NCBI GenBank assembly: GCA_964482185.1
Contig: CAYZWN010000001.1
Coordinates: forward strand, 1 to 63,773
From: an uncultured Roseivirgaceae bacterium
GTDB taxonomy: Bacteria; Bacteroidota; Bacteroidia; Cytophagales; Cyclobacteriaceae
DNA: 63,773 nucleotides
Direction: 5' to 3'
Shown: positions 1-10,057 of the stretch, piece after piece
How positions within the stretch are numbered: position 1 is the stretch's first letter
How the letters are laid out: each line of letters starts with the position of its first letter
The notes under the pieces: model-generated
Database searches by the model: none
Told to the model about the DNA's origin: nothing
The model's input: only the letters and a program-made list of their open reading frames with translations
Position numbers and translations under genes: made by a program

Positions 1-1636
1 TAAGCGGATGGGTGGAGTTCATCGCTAATGCCTTTATTTTTCTAAATTCTTCACTGTCAACCATGCCTCCTTCAAAACGAACAGCGCTTTCGCGGTTATA
101 GGTAATGGTCCCTGTCTTGTCGAAGACAATATGATTGATTTGCAGGAGCCGCTCAATTACATTTACATTCTTGATAAAAAACTGCATTTGCCCAAATATA
201 CGCATGGCTGATCCCATGGTGAAAGGCGCCGAAAGTGTAAGTGCGCAAGGGCAGGCAACAATAAGGACGGCGGTCAGCACATTGAGGGCGGTTACAAAAT
301 CCTTGTTTACCCAGAAAAGAAATCCGCCTGTTGCAAGCATCAGCACGCCTACGGTGAAGTTTTTACTGATCCTGTTGATAATGGTCTGGAATGCGTCTTT
401 TTTTTCCTTTGCAAATGCATCGTTGTTCCAAAGTTGTGTGAGATAGCTCTGCGAAACCGGCTTAACTACAGTCAGGTCGATGCGCTCGCCAAGCTGACGA
501 CCTCCTGCGTAGATATAATCGCCGCGATGCTTAGCGACCGGATTGGCCTCGCCGGTCACAAAGCTGTAATCGATGCTGGCGTGGGCACTTTCAAGCATGC
601 TGTCTGCCGGGATAATCTCCTGATTCCTTACACTGATCAAATCGCCCTTTTGCAGCGCGCTGACCGGCGCACTTTCGTACTGCCCGTTTACCTTTTTAAA
701 TATGGCAAGCGGAAAGTAAGATTTATAATCACGCTCAAATGACATACCCTGGTAGGTATAATTCTGAAACCAGCGGCCAGTGAGCAGGAAGAAAAGTAAA
801 CCAGCCAGAGAATCGAGATACCCCGGTCCTGACATACTTAAAATCTCATACAAACTGCGGGTAAACAGTACGATGATGCCCAGGGAAATCGGCACATTAA
901 TGTTGATGAGTTTTTCTTTCAATCCGGTATATGCCGATTTGTAATAATCAACGGCGCAGTAAAATACGACAGGCAGCGCAAGCAGGATATTGAGGTAGGA
1001 CATAAACCGTTGAATGTTTTCTTCCAGACCTTCGAATCCGAAATACTCCGGCAAACTCAGCAACATGATGTTGCCAAAGGCAAAACCTGCTACGCCGATT
1101 TTCAGATAGAGACTGCGGTTGGCTGATTTCTCAACCTTTTTTGAAGAATCCTCCAGGCTGATCTGTGGCTCGTAGCCAAGCGTTGCCAGCAATTCAACCA
1201 TGGAGCGAAGACTGATTTCATCTGGATTGTAATCTACGCTGAACTCCTTTTTCACGAAGTTGACCCGGCTGTGACGTACACCGGGAGTCAATTTGTATAA
1301 ATTTTCCAGCAGCCAGATGCACGAACTGCAATGAATTGACGGAATATAAAAAGTGGCTTTAGCAACGCCGGCATCCTGAAAATTCAGGATCATTCTGGCG
1401 ATATCGTCATTATCCAGAAAGGCATATTTGTCATCGAAATGCTTGCTCTTCAGGCTGATGCCGGGTTGTTTGTCGAGGTCGTAATAAGTGCAGAGATCGT
1501 TTTGATTCAGGATTTCATAGACTGTTTTACAACCGTTACAACAAAAATCCTTCTCATCAAACACGATGTGTTCGCGGTCGCAATCGTCCCCGCAATGGAA
1601 ACAGCTTTTGATTGACGATAATGTTTTTTTCTCCAT
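1..1636 (-). CDS. Heavy-metal (copper-type) translocating P-type ATPase, CcoI/FixI-like; N-terminal ~545 aa only, the 3' end runs off the window
   Basis: Absent from the ORF track because no stop lies in the window. Hand translation of the reverse strand from ATG 1636..1634 gives MEKKTLSSIKSCFHCGDDC...CCNGCKTVYEIL (Cys-rich N-terminus). It also shows an HMA-like IHCSSCIW, the TM6 ion-site motif VACPCAL (about 240..260) and the phosphorylation motif FDKTGTIT (about 100..125). Confidence 0.85.
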   Translation of the reverse strand, partial: MEKKTLSSIKSCFHCGDDCDREHIVFDEKDFCCNGCKTVYEILNQNDLCTYYDLDKQPGISLKSKHFDDKYAFLDNDDIARMILNFQDAGVAKATFYIPSIHCSSCIWLLENLYKLTPGVRHSRVNFVKKEFSVDYNPDEISLRSMVELLATLGYEPQISLEDSSKKVEKSANRSLYLKIGVAGFAFGNIMLLSLPEYFGFEGLEENIQRFMSYLNILLALPVVFYCAVDYYKSAYTGLKEKLININVPISLGIIVLFTRSLYEILSMSGPGYLDSLAGLLFFLLTGRWFQNYTYQGMSFERDYKSYFPLAIFKKVNGQYESAPVSALQKGDLISVRNQEIIPADSMLESAHASIDYSFVTGEANPVAKHRGDYIYAGGRQLGERIDLTVVKPVSQSYLTQLWNNDAFAKEKKDAFQTIINRISKNFTVGVLMLATGGFLFWVNKDFVTALNVLTAVLIVACPCALTLSAPFTMGSAMRIFGQMQFFIKNVNVIERLLQINHIVFDKTGTITYNRESAVRFEGGMVDSEEFRKIKALAMNSTHPL

Positions 1637-1665
1637 GAAGCTTAGGTACTTCCTTCAAATATAAA

Positions 1666-1699
1666 CAGATTAGATGGATTGAACAGATTGAGTGGATTG
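1666..1699. repeat. Two copies of a 16-nt direct repeat (CAGATTAGATGGATTG / CAGATTGAGTGGATTG), 30-65 nt upstream of the ATPase start
   Basis: Read directly: 1666..1681 and 1684..1699, 13 of 16 identical. The GGATTG core recurs inverted as CAATCC three times at about 1735..1760. Confidence 0.6.
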
Positions 1700-1754
1700 G
1701 TTTACCAAATAGTATTTTTTTTCCACCAACCTCATCAATCCCAACAATCCGCCA

Positions 1755-2567
1755 TCAATCCTGAATGGCTATCAGTTCACGGAATATTTTTGTCATGTTG
1801 GGTTCGGCCTTGCTGGCAGCCTCAAGCACATCATCAAGAGATACTTCTTTGATTTTTCCATCAACTCCCAGGTCGGTGATGACGGAAATAGCAAAAACCG
1901 GGATGCCCATGTGCCGGGCGACGAGGTTTTCCGGAATGGTGGACATGCCAACGACATCAGCGCCCAGAATTCTGATAAACCGGTATTCGGCAGGTGTTTC
2001 AAGATTGGGGCCGGTTACACTTGCGTACACACCCACATGGACTTTGATATTGTTTTCCTGAGCGATCTGCACTGCCTGAGCGATCATCTTTCTGTCGTAG
2101 GGCTCGCTCATGTCCGGGAACCGGGGCCCAAATTCATCGAGATTTGGTCCGCGCAGCGGGTTGTCGGGGTGCAGGTTAATGTGGTCGTTGATGATCATCA
2201 GATCGCCGACTTCATGAGCCGGATTTACCCCGCCGCATGCATTGGAGATAAAAAGCCTCTCAATACCCAGCAGTTTCATCACCCTCACGGGGAATGTAAT
2301 TTGCTTTGCCGAATAACCCTCATAGTAATGAAACCGACCTTGCATCACTACGACGTCTTTGCCGGCTATTTTACCAAATATGAGTTTGCCGCTGTGGCTT
2401 TCAACCGTGGAAACCGGAAAATGTGGTATTTCCTTGTAATCAATTATATGTTCTATCTCGATGTCATCAACCAACCGACCCAGGCCGGTGCCAAGGATAA
2501 TGCCAAACCTGGGTTTTGTTTTATGCCTGTCCTGGATATAGCTTACCGCGTTAAAAAATTCTTCCAT
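1755..2567 (-). CDS. Purine nucleoside phosphorylase (trimeric PNP-I family)
   Basis: 270-aa ORF with typical PNP-I blocks: GIILGTGLG, HSGKLIFG, QGRFHYYEGY, ISNACGG, GPNLETPAE, GADVVGMST. Confidence 0.9.
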   Translation of the reverse strand: MEEFFNAVSYIQDRHKTKPRFGIILGTGLGRLVDDIEIEHIIDYKEIPHFPVSTVESHSGKLIFGKIAGKDVVVMQGRFHYYEGYSAKQITFPVRVMKLLGIERLFISNACGGVNPAHEVGDLMIINDHINLHPDNPLRGPNLDEFGPRFPDMSEPYDRKMIAQAVQIAQENNIKVHVGVYASVTGPNLETPAEYRFIRILGADVVGMSTIPENLVARHMGIPVFAISVITDLGVDGKIKEVSLDDVLEAASKAEPNMTKIFRELIAIQD

Positions 2568-2770
2568 GGTGCGAAAATGAGAAGGTTTTTATTAAAAATG
2601 CATTTAAATTGCGAAGCTATAAAAAAATCACTTAAAGTTTCACGAATTGGTGATTTTGAAAGATTTAAGCATGTCGGGCAGCAATTAAGGCGGTCCGGAA
2701 TCAGCTTATTAATTGTTAATAAATATTTCTATTTTTACCCGGATTTTTAAGAACTCTAAAACTATTATAA

Positions 2771-3895
2771 ATGAAGTTTATCGCATCGTCTGCAACATTG
2801 CTCAAAGAGTTGAACAACATTCATGGGGTCATTACCACAAATCCCGTTGTACCGATTCTTGAAAACTTTCTTTTCGAGATTGAAGACGGAAAACTCATCC
2901 TTACCGCCTCAGACCTTCAAACTGCCATGATCACCGAGCTTGAAGTGGAAGCAAAGGAAAATGGCAGTATAGCCGTGCCGGCGAAAATTTTGCTGGAGAC
3001 ACTCAAGAACCTTCCTGAACAACCGGTAACGTTTTCTATCGATGAAAAAACCTATTCTATAGAAATCAGCAGCGACAACGGAAGGTACAAGCTTGTCGGT
3101 GAGATGGCTGCAGATTTTCCAAAATTGCCGGAGGTCTCCAACGGCGTCAGTGTAGACGTTTCTTCCAGTGTATTGGGTAGCGCCATCTCCAACTGTATTT
3201 TTGCCACGAGTAATGACGAACTCCGGCCTGCCATGACGGGTGTGTACCTGAGTTTATCCCCTACCAACGCCACCTTCGTGGCCACTGATGGCCACCGGCT
3301 TGTTCGGTACAGGCGCGTAGATGTTGCTTCTGAAGAAGAAAATGCCATCATCATCCCCAGAAAAGCGCTGAATCTTCTTAAAACAACACTGCCCTCGGCA
3401 AACTCCAATGTTGTCGTGGAATTCAACAGGGCCAATGCGTATTTCCATTTCAATAACATAAAAATGATATGCCGCCTGATTGATGAGCGGTTCCCGGATT
3501 ACGAAAATGTCATACCGGCAGATAATGAAAATTTCATGAGCATCAACAGGGTAGAATTATTGAACTCACTGAAAAGAATATCTATCTACGCCAACCGCAC
3601 AACCAATCAGGTGCGATTGAAAATAACAGGCAGCGAGTTGCAGATCTCTGCCGAGGATCTGGATTTCTCTAATGAGGCAAATGAACGCTTGTCGTGCGAC
3701 CATGATGGAGCAGACATAGAAATTGGCTTTAATGCACGACTTTTGATCGAACTGCTCAATAATATAGAAAGTGACGAGATTACTTTGCAGCTCTCAGAAC
3801 CAAGCAGAGCCGGTCTGATTGTGCCAAAAGATATGGCCGAAAATGAAGACATACTGATGCTCGTAATGCCGGTGATGCTTAGCAACCAAATATAA
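2771..3895 (+). CDS. dnaN: DNA polymerase III beta sliding clamp
   Basis: 374-aa ORF, MKFIASSATLLKELNNI...PILENFLFEI...LTASDLQ. It has the three-domain clamp length and pattern, with RPAMTGVY and ATDGHRL blocks. Confidence 0.93.
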   Translation: MKFIASSATLLKELNNIHGVITTNPVVPILENFLFEIEDGKLILTASDLQTAMITELEVEAKENGSIAVPAKILLETLKNLPEQPVTFSIDEKTYSIEISSDNGRYKLVGEMAADFPKLPEVSNGVSVDVSSSVLGSAISNCIFATSNDELRPAMTGVYLSLSPTNATFVATDGHRLVRYRRVDVASEEENAIIIPRKALNLLKTTLPSANSNVVVEFNRANAYFHFNNIKMICRLIDERFPDYENVIPADNENFMSINRVELLNSLKRISIYANRTTNQVRLKITGSELQISAEDLDFSNEANERLSCDHDGADIEIGFNARLLIELLNNIESDEITLQLSEPSRAGLIVPKDMAENEDILMLVMPVMLSNQI

Positions 3896-3925
3896 GCAGT
3901 GCATCAAATGAATTGAATCAGAACA

Positions 3926-3958
3926 GGGTTTCCGGAAATCGGAAGCCCTTACTTTTCT
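3926..3958 (+). terminator. Putative intrinsic terminator after dnaN
   Basis: 9-bp stem GGGTTTCCG / CGGAAGCCC (one G-U pair), 5-nt loop, then TTACTTTTC. Confidence 0.45.
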
Positions 3959-3974
3959 ATGACAGACAATTCAA

Positions 3975-4850
3975 ATGACAAACATCCGCAACGCATCTTC
4001 AAAAATTAAATTGGCCTATACACAGGGTTGGGTTTCTATTCTGGTAAACGGATTGCTGTTTGTTTTTAAATACTGGGCAGGCTTTGTAACCGGTTCGCTT
4101 GCACTGATGGCTGATGCGTGGCATACCCTTTCCGATTCTTTAAGTTCTGTGATTGTTCTGGTAAGTACGAAAATTTCGAGCAAGCCACCTGACAGGGAAC
4201 ATCCTTTCGGCCATGGGCGGATCGAACTGATTGCTGCTGTTATCATCGGTGTGATTCTGGGCCTGATCGGATTTGAATTTGCCCGAGACAGCATATCGAG
4301 GCTTTTAAATCGGGAAAGTGTGGTCTTCGGGCCTTTTGCCATCTGGGTAACTGCTGCCTCTGTTTTTGTGAAAGAAGGTCTTGCTCAATTTTCATTCTGG
4401 ACGTTCAGAAAAACCGGAAATCCTTCATTGAAGGCGGACGGTTGGCACCACCGGAGTGACGCCATTTCATCAGTGGTCATTCTGGCAGGAATATTTGCCG
4501 GTTCATATTTTTGGTGGGTTGATGGTGTATTGGGTTTACTGGTTTCCGCGCTGATTTTCTATGCCGCATTCGAAACCATAAAAGAAGGGACCAATCCGCT
4601 TTTGGGCGAAGTACCCGGAGAAGCATTGCTCAACGACTTAAAGCAAATTGCCCACGACACGACTGGCATAGAAACGCATTTACATCACGTGCATGTGCAT
4701 CGTTATGGAGAGCATGTGGAGCTTACAGCGCACATCCTATTGCCAAAACACACCACGCTTGAAAAAGCCCATGCAATTGCCGACAACATCGAGATGGAGA
4801 TTATGAACAAACTAAACATTGAGGCCACCATTCATATGGAACCCAGGTAG
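3975..4850 (+). CDS. Cation diffusion facilitator (CDF) family metal efflux transporter
   Basis: 291-aa ORF with six predicted TM segments. Conserved CDF motifs ADAWHTLSD and DGWHHRSD are present, plus a C-terminal cytoplasmic domain. Confidence 0.85.
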   Translation: MTNIRNASSKIKLAYTQGWVSILVNGLLFVFKYWAGFVTGSLALMADAWHTLSDSLSSVIVLVSTKISSKPPDREHPFGHGRIELIAAVIIGVILGLIGFEFARDSISRLLNRESVVFGPFAIWVTAASVFVKEGLAQFSFWTFRKTGNPSLKADGWHHRSDAISSVVILAGIFAGSYFWWVDGVLGLLVSALIFYAAFETIKEGTNPLLGEVPGEALLNDLKQIAHDTTGIETHLHHVHVHRYGEHVELTAHILLPKHTTLEKAHAIADNIEMEIMNKLNIEATIHMEPR

Positions 4851-5167
4851 CCATCTGCCAATTCATAGCAGGTTTGTGATTTGGATTTTGTTTAGTAGTG
4901 CATGATGATGCTGTAACCTGGCTAAATGCAATGAATGGTATAAATCATTTTGGAACTGTAAATACAGCTTGCTGTCGTGCAATCTATTTATACATAAACC
5001 GTTCAATAGTCAGGCTTTTCCGATAATCATTTGATAACTTTTCACCTTTTGAAATTTCCGGAAATTTGTTTTATTTGGACTGGTAACTCAGAACATTATC
5101 TAAGTATTATAATAAAAAACGCTACCTTTGAGATTCTCTGAGTTAAGGTGGAGTAAAAAAACATCAT

Positions 5168-6970
5168 ATGATACAGGCACATTCATTTCATATCCCCGTA
5201 ATGGGCATCGGTTACACCATCGATACGCCTGCCAGAGTGGCACATTACGGCATTTCATCAGCCATTTCGCTTGTTGATGACATCCTCATCGAAAAGATGC
5301 GGGAGTTCTATTGCAAAAAATTTGATATCCCCTTTCAGGAGATTTCTGATAAAATCGAAGATTTCAGGGCAAAACGCATCACTGCTTATCTGAACCTCAT
5401 CGATGAAATTGTCAAAAGAAAGTTTGACGAATTGAAGTCATCGCTACATCAGAAGGGTGGCGAGCTGGAAAAATATATGGAAATGCTCCCTGATTTTTCG
5501 GAAATCAAACAGCGTTTTCAGCATTTCATCCATCACAATAATTTTAAAGATCTCCAAAACTGGCTGCATGAGCATTTGCCCAAGGGATCTATTGATGTAA
5601 ACATCATGACTAAGCTCGATCGTGAAAACTACAAAGACGATCAAAAGCTTCCGGCTGAATTTAACGATGCTCACGCCGCACTCAGGGGATATGCCAACAG
5701 CGATCTCACCTCCTCAGTAGTTTTATCTGCCGGCATGAATCCACGACTTTACAGCTACATTGAAAATTTTGAGGATTTCTACCCAAATGAAAACGGTGAA
5801 ATCAAAAAGAAGATCATACTCAAAGTCAGCGACTATCGCTCAGCGCTGATACAAGGTAAATTTTTAGCCAAAAAAGGTATCTGGGTTTCGGAATACAGAA
5901 TCGAATCCGGACTCAATTGCGGTGGCCATGCTTTTGCCACCGACGGTTATCTGATGGGGCCCATTCTTGAGGAATTCAAAACCAACCGTAAGTCGTTGGT
6001 AGAAACCACACATGAAATGCTCGTAACAGCTTTAAAGGCAAAAAACAAGCCTGTTCCGGTAAAACCAATAAAAATGTTGATCACAGCGCAGGGAGGGGTA
6101 GGAACATCTGCTGAACACAATTTTCTGCTTGACTATTATGATATCGACTCTGTTGGTTGGGGAACACCGTTTCTGTTATCACCGGAAGTAACAAATGTGG
6201 ATGATCACACAATCGGGCTACTCTCCGATGCGAAGGAAGATGACCTGTACCTTAGCGGAATATCTCCACTTGGCGTGCCGTTCAACAACCTGAAAGGCAA
6301 CACAAAAGATATTGAAAAGCAGGTAAATATTGATAAAAACCGTCCCGGAAGCTCCTGCCCGAAAAAATATGTGGAAATCAACAAGGACTTTGGGGACAAG
6401 GCAATCTGTACTGCCTCCAGACAATACCAGTTTCTGAAATTGCGTGAGCTTGACAAGCAATTCAATGAAAGTGCCCCGGAATACAAAGAGGCCTACGATA
6501 AGATCGTTGACAGAGCGTGTATCTGCGTAGGATTGGGCACTGCGGCCTTACTTAAAAATGACCTTGATTACCGCAAGGAAGGCCCCGGTGTAGCAGTATG
6601 TCCCGGGCCGAATATGGCATATTATTCTAAAAAGGTCAGCCTGAAGGAAATGGTTAGCCACATCTATGGCAAATCAAATGTGATGGAGCGTACCGACCGC
6701 CCGAATATGTTCGTTAAGGAACTTGGGCTTTATGTGGATTATTTGCGAAATAAGGTGAATGAAATGGCCAAACCTCTCTCGGAGAAAAACGAAAAATACA
6801 TCGATACTTTTCACCAGAATCTGAATGATGGCATCGATTATTACAAGGATCTTTTCCACCGTAAGTCAGAGCAATTTCAGCATACCAAAACTCAATTGAT
6901 TGATTCAATAGAAAGTTTCCGGGATGAGCTCAATGAAATCAGACTGAAGGTTTCCGGTATTCTGCAATAA
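5168..6970 (+). CDS. Conserved hypothetical protein, 600 aa, possible (beta/alpha)8-type enzyme, Cys-rich C-terminal half
   Basis: Long uninterrupted ORF bounded by a 317-bp upstream gap and a strong terminator. Motifs seen: HIPVMGIGYTIDTP, ESGLNCGGHAF, ITAQGGVGTSAEH, VGWGTPFLL, SSCPKK, RACICVGLG, VAVCPGPN. I do not recognise a named family. Confidence 0.7.
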   Translation: MIQAHSFHIPVMGIGYTIDTPARVAHYGISSAISLVDDILIEKMREFYCKKFDIPFQEISDKIEDFRAKRITAYLNLIDEIVKRKFDELKSSLHQKGGELEKYMEMLPDFSEIKQRFQHFIHHNNFKDLQNWLHEHLPKGSIDVNIMTKLDRENYKDDQKLPAEFNDAHAALRGYANSDLTSSVVLSAGMNPRLYSYIENFEDFYPNENGEIKKKIILKVSDYRSALIQGKFLAKKGIWVSEYRIESGLNCGGHAFATDGYLMGPILEEFKTNRKSLVETTHEMLVTALKAKNKPVPVKPIKMLITAQGGVGTSAEHNFLLDYYDIDSVGWGTPFLLSPEVTNVDDHTIGLLSDAKEDDLYLSGISPLGVPFNNLKGNTKDIEKQVNIDKNRPGSSCPKKYVEINKDFGDKAICTASRQYQFLKLRELDKQFNESAPEYKEAYDKIVDRACICVGLGTAALLKNDLDYRKEGPGVAVCPGPNMAYYSKKVSLKEMVSHIYGKSNVMERTDRPNMFVKELGLYVDYLRNKVNEMAKPLSEKNEKYIDTFHQNLNDGIDYYKDLFHRKSEQFQHTKTQLIDSIESFRDELNEIRLKVSGILQ

Positions 6971-6989
6971 TCGCTGAAGATTATTTATT

Positions 6990-7031
6990 AAAATCCCATG
7001 GCAGTTTAAGAGCCATGGGATTTTTTATTTT
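6990..7031. terminator. Bidirectional intrinsic terminator between convergent genes
   Basis: Perfect 13-bp stem AAAATCCCATGGC (6990..7002) / GCCATGGGATTTT (7012..7024) with a 9-nt loop. It is flanked by an A-run on the left and a T-run on the right. Confidence 0.85.
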
Positions 7032-7080
7032 TAAAAAACCCGTAAAAATTGTGATCTGAAAAATCAAGAGGTCGTGACAA

Positions 7081-8205
7081 TCAAATCGCGATGGTTTTAC
7101 CTCCCTGCGCGATGGACTCCCATATTTTTTCAACGATGATCATATCCTGAAGACCTTCTTCACCAGTCACGCGCATTGGTTTTTTATCCATAATGCACCA
7201 CGCAACTTCATCCATTTGCCTGGCCTGCTGATTCACTGCAGGGAAGTCAAATTCTCCTTTGCTCGTTCGTCCTTTTATGCCGGTGTACGATGAGAATGGG
7301 TCAAGTTCGTACCATCCTTTTTCACAAAATACTTTGAGATAGTTGAAATTGGCGTGGAAGCCCGTCTGGCAGTTGGCCACCGTTCCATCAGAAAACTGCA
7401 ATTGAAAAGCCGTCACTTCGTCAGCTTCAAAATTTTCAGGTCTGATTTTGAAAGTCTGGGCTGAAACCGAAACAGGTTCGGCCCCTGCCGCATACCTCGC
7501 TGCCTGCAATGGGTAAACCCCCATATCCATCATCGCCCCGCCACCGAGTTCCTTCTTTGCCTTCCAGTTGTCAAAATTCCTCATATTAAACGCCGCTCCG
7601 GTCGTGATCTGTCGGATTTCGCCAAAATCTTTTTCACGTGCAAGTCGCATAATTTCCTGCGTGTGGGGTTCATAATGCATGCGATAGCCAATAGAGAGTT
7701 GCACTTTATTATCTTCACAGGCCTTGATCATTTCCCTGCACTCAGCGGCATTCAAGGCCATGGGTTTTTCGCAAATCACATGCTTCCCCGCCTTTGCTGC
7801 CCTGATGGTGAATTCCTTGTGCATCGAATTGGGCAACACCACATACACGATATCAATGTCTTTGTTGCGGGCGATTTCGTCGAAGTTTTCGTAGTTGTAG
7901 ATGTTCTCATCTTTCAATCCGTATTTCGATTTCCAGGTTTCTGCCTTCGCAGGTGTACCGGTAACGATACCGGCGAGATAGGTGTTTTTACACATCTGGA
8001 TTGATGGTGCCAGAATGTCCGTGCTGTAGTACCCGAGGCCAACAAAAGCAATTCCCAGCTTTTCTTTGGTTTGTTGATTTGAATTCGCGCAACTCAGTAT
8101 CGAGGGGGAGGCAAGTGCTGTAACCAGCCCGGCTGCACTTTTTTTAATAAAAACCCGACGTGAATTTTCAATTGGTGAGTCTGGGCTCAAGGGAAATTTT
8201 TTCAT
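7081..8205 (-). CDS. Gfo/Idh/MocA family oxidoreductase with twin-arginine export signal (glucose-fructose oxidoreductase-like, ThuB-like)
   Basis: 374-aa ORF. N-terminal SRRVFIKKSAAGLV matches the Tat consensus. It also has the Rossmann GIAFVGLGYYS, the EKP motif (VICEKPMA) and a GYRMHYEP block. Confidence 0.85.
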   Translation of the reverse strand: MKKFPLSPDSPIENSRRVFIKKSAAGLVTALASPSILSCANSNQQTKEKLGIAFVGLGYYSTDILAPSIQMCKNTYLAGIVTGTPAKAETWKSKYGLKDENIYNYENFDEIARNKDIDIVYVVLPNSMHKEFTIRAAKAGKHVICEKPMALNAAECREMIKACEDNKVQLSIGYRMHYEPHTQEIMRLAREKDFGEIRQITTGAAFNMRNFDNWKAKKELGGGAMMDMGVYPLQAARYAAGAEPVSVSAQTFKIRPENFEADEVTAFQLQFSDGTVANCQTGFHANFNYLKVFCEKGWYELDPFSSYTGIKGRTSKGEFDFPAVNQQARQMDEVAWCIMDKKPMRVTGEEGLQDMIIVEKIWESIAQGGKTIAI

Positions 8206-8447
8206 GATGCGTATGGTTAATATTAAATATCATGTAATGAAGTTGATACAAATTATGCAATTATTCCAGTAAAAGGCTTCCAAAGCTAAACTTTACCCAA
8301 AACAACTGATTTGATGAATATATCTACGTCTCGGAAATGTAAAAAAGCATCTAAGACTTGTATTTGCGGGCATGCCCTTCCTTGCCAGTACCATCGGACA
8401 TGGTAAAGATAAAACCCGGCAGAAAAATAAACTATTACCTATTGCAA

Positions 8448-9830
8448 TTAAAAAATATGCACGCCAAAAAAGATTTCAAGTACGGTAATCAGGAAAATTG
8501 CACCGAGCACAGGTGGCGCGACGTACTGTAATGAAAATCCGATATACCTGGCTACGAATGTTTTGGTAAATACCGGGTTTCCATGCGTCAGTTCTCTGAA
8601 AAGCTTATGCCTTTTCCAGACGTAAATGGCAAAAATACTTACCATCAGTCCACCCAATGGTAGAAGCGTATTGGAGGCCACGTCCGTCACAAAATCCATG
8701 AAATTTACCGGAGTCGATGAGCCGACATAGGTGATAAAGTTTGTGAAAAAATCGGAGTAGCCATTGCCAAGCATAGAGGGTATCCCTAATAATAGTATGA
8801 GACCTGAAGCATACCAAACGGCATATTTCCTTTTCACTTTATGCTTATCAACCAGGTAAGCTACCGGCAGTTCCAAAAGTGAAATTGTGGAAGTGAGCGC
8901 GGCGAAGGATAGCAACAGGAAAAATGATGCCCCTATGAAAACCCCTAAGGACGGACCCATGTTTTGAAATATTCCGGGCATGGTCATAAAAATCAGACCT
9001 GCTCCACCTTCCGGCTGAATGCCCTGAGAAAAAACAAATGGAAAAATCATCAGGCCAGCCAGAAATGCGATGCCAACATCAGCCAGCGTAATCATTGTCG
9101 CGGCCGAGACTATGTTTTCCTTCCGGCTTAAATAACTGCCGTAAGTCATCAAAGCACCCAGTCCGAGTGAAAGTGAAAAAAACGATTGACCAAGCGCCCG
9201 GTAAATGACATTAAGATTGATTTTTGAAAAATCCGGAACCAGGTAGAAAATCAGCCCATCTTTGGCACCTGATAATGTGAGCGCGTAAATCGTGAGCGCC
9301 AGAATGATGATGATGAGTACAGGCATCAGAATCTTGCTGGCTTTTTCGATGCCTTTTGTAACGCCCTGGGATACGATAAAGGCTGTTGCAATAAGAAAAG
9401 CAAGGGTATAACCGCCTACTTCGGCAATGTCATTGACATAAGCTGAGAAATTTTCGCCTATTGCAAAATTACCCAGCAACATTTCAACAAAATAGCCCAA
9501 AACCCAGCCGGCTACAACATTATAAAAGGAAAGAATCACAACGCCACAAAATACACCGAGGATGCCCACGATCGACCAATTTGGATGACCGAGCGGCCTG
9601 AATGCCATGGCAGCGCTCTTTTGAGATCTGCGCCCAATAGCGATTTCCGTGACCAGAATGGGAAAGCAAAGCACAAAACAGAAAACCAGGTACATGATCA
9701 AAAAGGCCGACCCACCACCCTTGCCAACTTCAAAAGGAAATTTCCAGATATTTCCGAGGCCTACCGCACTGCCAGCTGCCGCTGCAATGAAGCCGAATTT
9801 ATTTGTGAATTTACTCCGTGATGCTACCAT
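8448..9830 (-). CDS. Sodium-dependent transporter, neurotransmitter:sodium symporter (SNF) family
   Basis: 460-aa polytopic ORF with the SNF signature AAAGSAVGLGNIWKFPFEVGKGGGSAFL. Confidence 0.9.
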   Translation of the reverse strand: MVASRSKFTNKFGFIAAAAGSAVGLGNIWKFPFEVGKGGGSAFLIMYLVFCFVLCFPILVTEIAIGRRSQKSAAMAFRPLGHPNWSIVGILGVFCGVVILSFYNVVAGWVLGYFVEMLLGNFAIGENFSAYVNDIAEVGGYTLAFLIATAFIVSQGVTKGIEKASKILMPVLIIIILALTIYALTLSGAKDGLIFYLVPDFSKINLNVIYRALGQSFFSLSLGLGALMTYGSYLSRKENIVSAATMITLADVGIAFLAGLMIFPFVFSQGIQPEGGAGLIFMTMPGIFQNMGPSLGVFIGASFFLLLSFAALTSTISLLELPVAYLVDKHKVKRKYAVWYASGLILLLGIPSMLGNGYSDFFTNFITYVGSSTPVNFMDFVTDVASNTLLPLGGLMVSIFAIYVWKRHKLFRELTHGNPVFTKTFVARYIGFSLQYVAPPVLGAIFLITVLEIFFGVHIF

Positions 9831-10057
9831 AGTTATCGTTCAGGCGTTTGTGATTGTAGAGAAGGGGTCAAAAAAAACACTTTATTGTAATCTTAGCAAA
9901 TTTTTTCTCTTTTTCATGATTGCAGAATAAGATATTATCCATTTCATTAAAGAGATTATAAGTTTGGATTTTCTGCCCAAATAAATTTTAAAAGTGATTA
10001 ATCATCATGGCAGCACTCGTAAGTAATGATTATATTTGATTGAAACGAAAGAAATTT

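Noticed and set aside
1911-2750. A 279-aa plus-strand ORF antisense to the PNP gene. Similar long antisense ORFs lie at 26249..26932 (227 aa), 25421..25996 (191 aa) and 61864..62457 (197 aa).
   Set aside because: Each is in the exact codon-register shadow frame of a well-supported gene on the other strand, with the same coordinates modulo 3. In that frame, stops arise only from sense TTA/CTA/TCA codons, which these genes avoid. The translations are low-complexity with no recognisable motifs, and no independent start context is visible.
2568-2770. Possible replication origin upstream of dnaN.
   Set aside because: There is no dnaA gene adjacent, no recognisable TTATCCACA-type DnaA boxes, and no AT-rich 13-mer array in the 203-bp spacer. 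dnaN is commonly unlinked from oriC in Bacteroidota.
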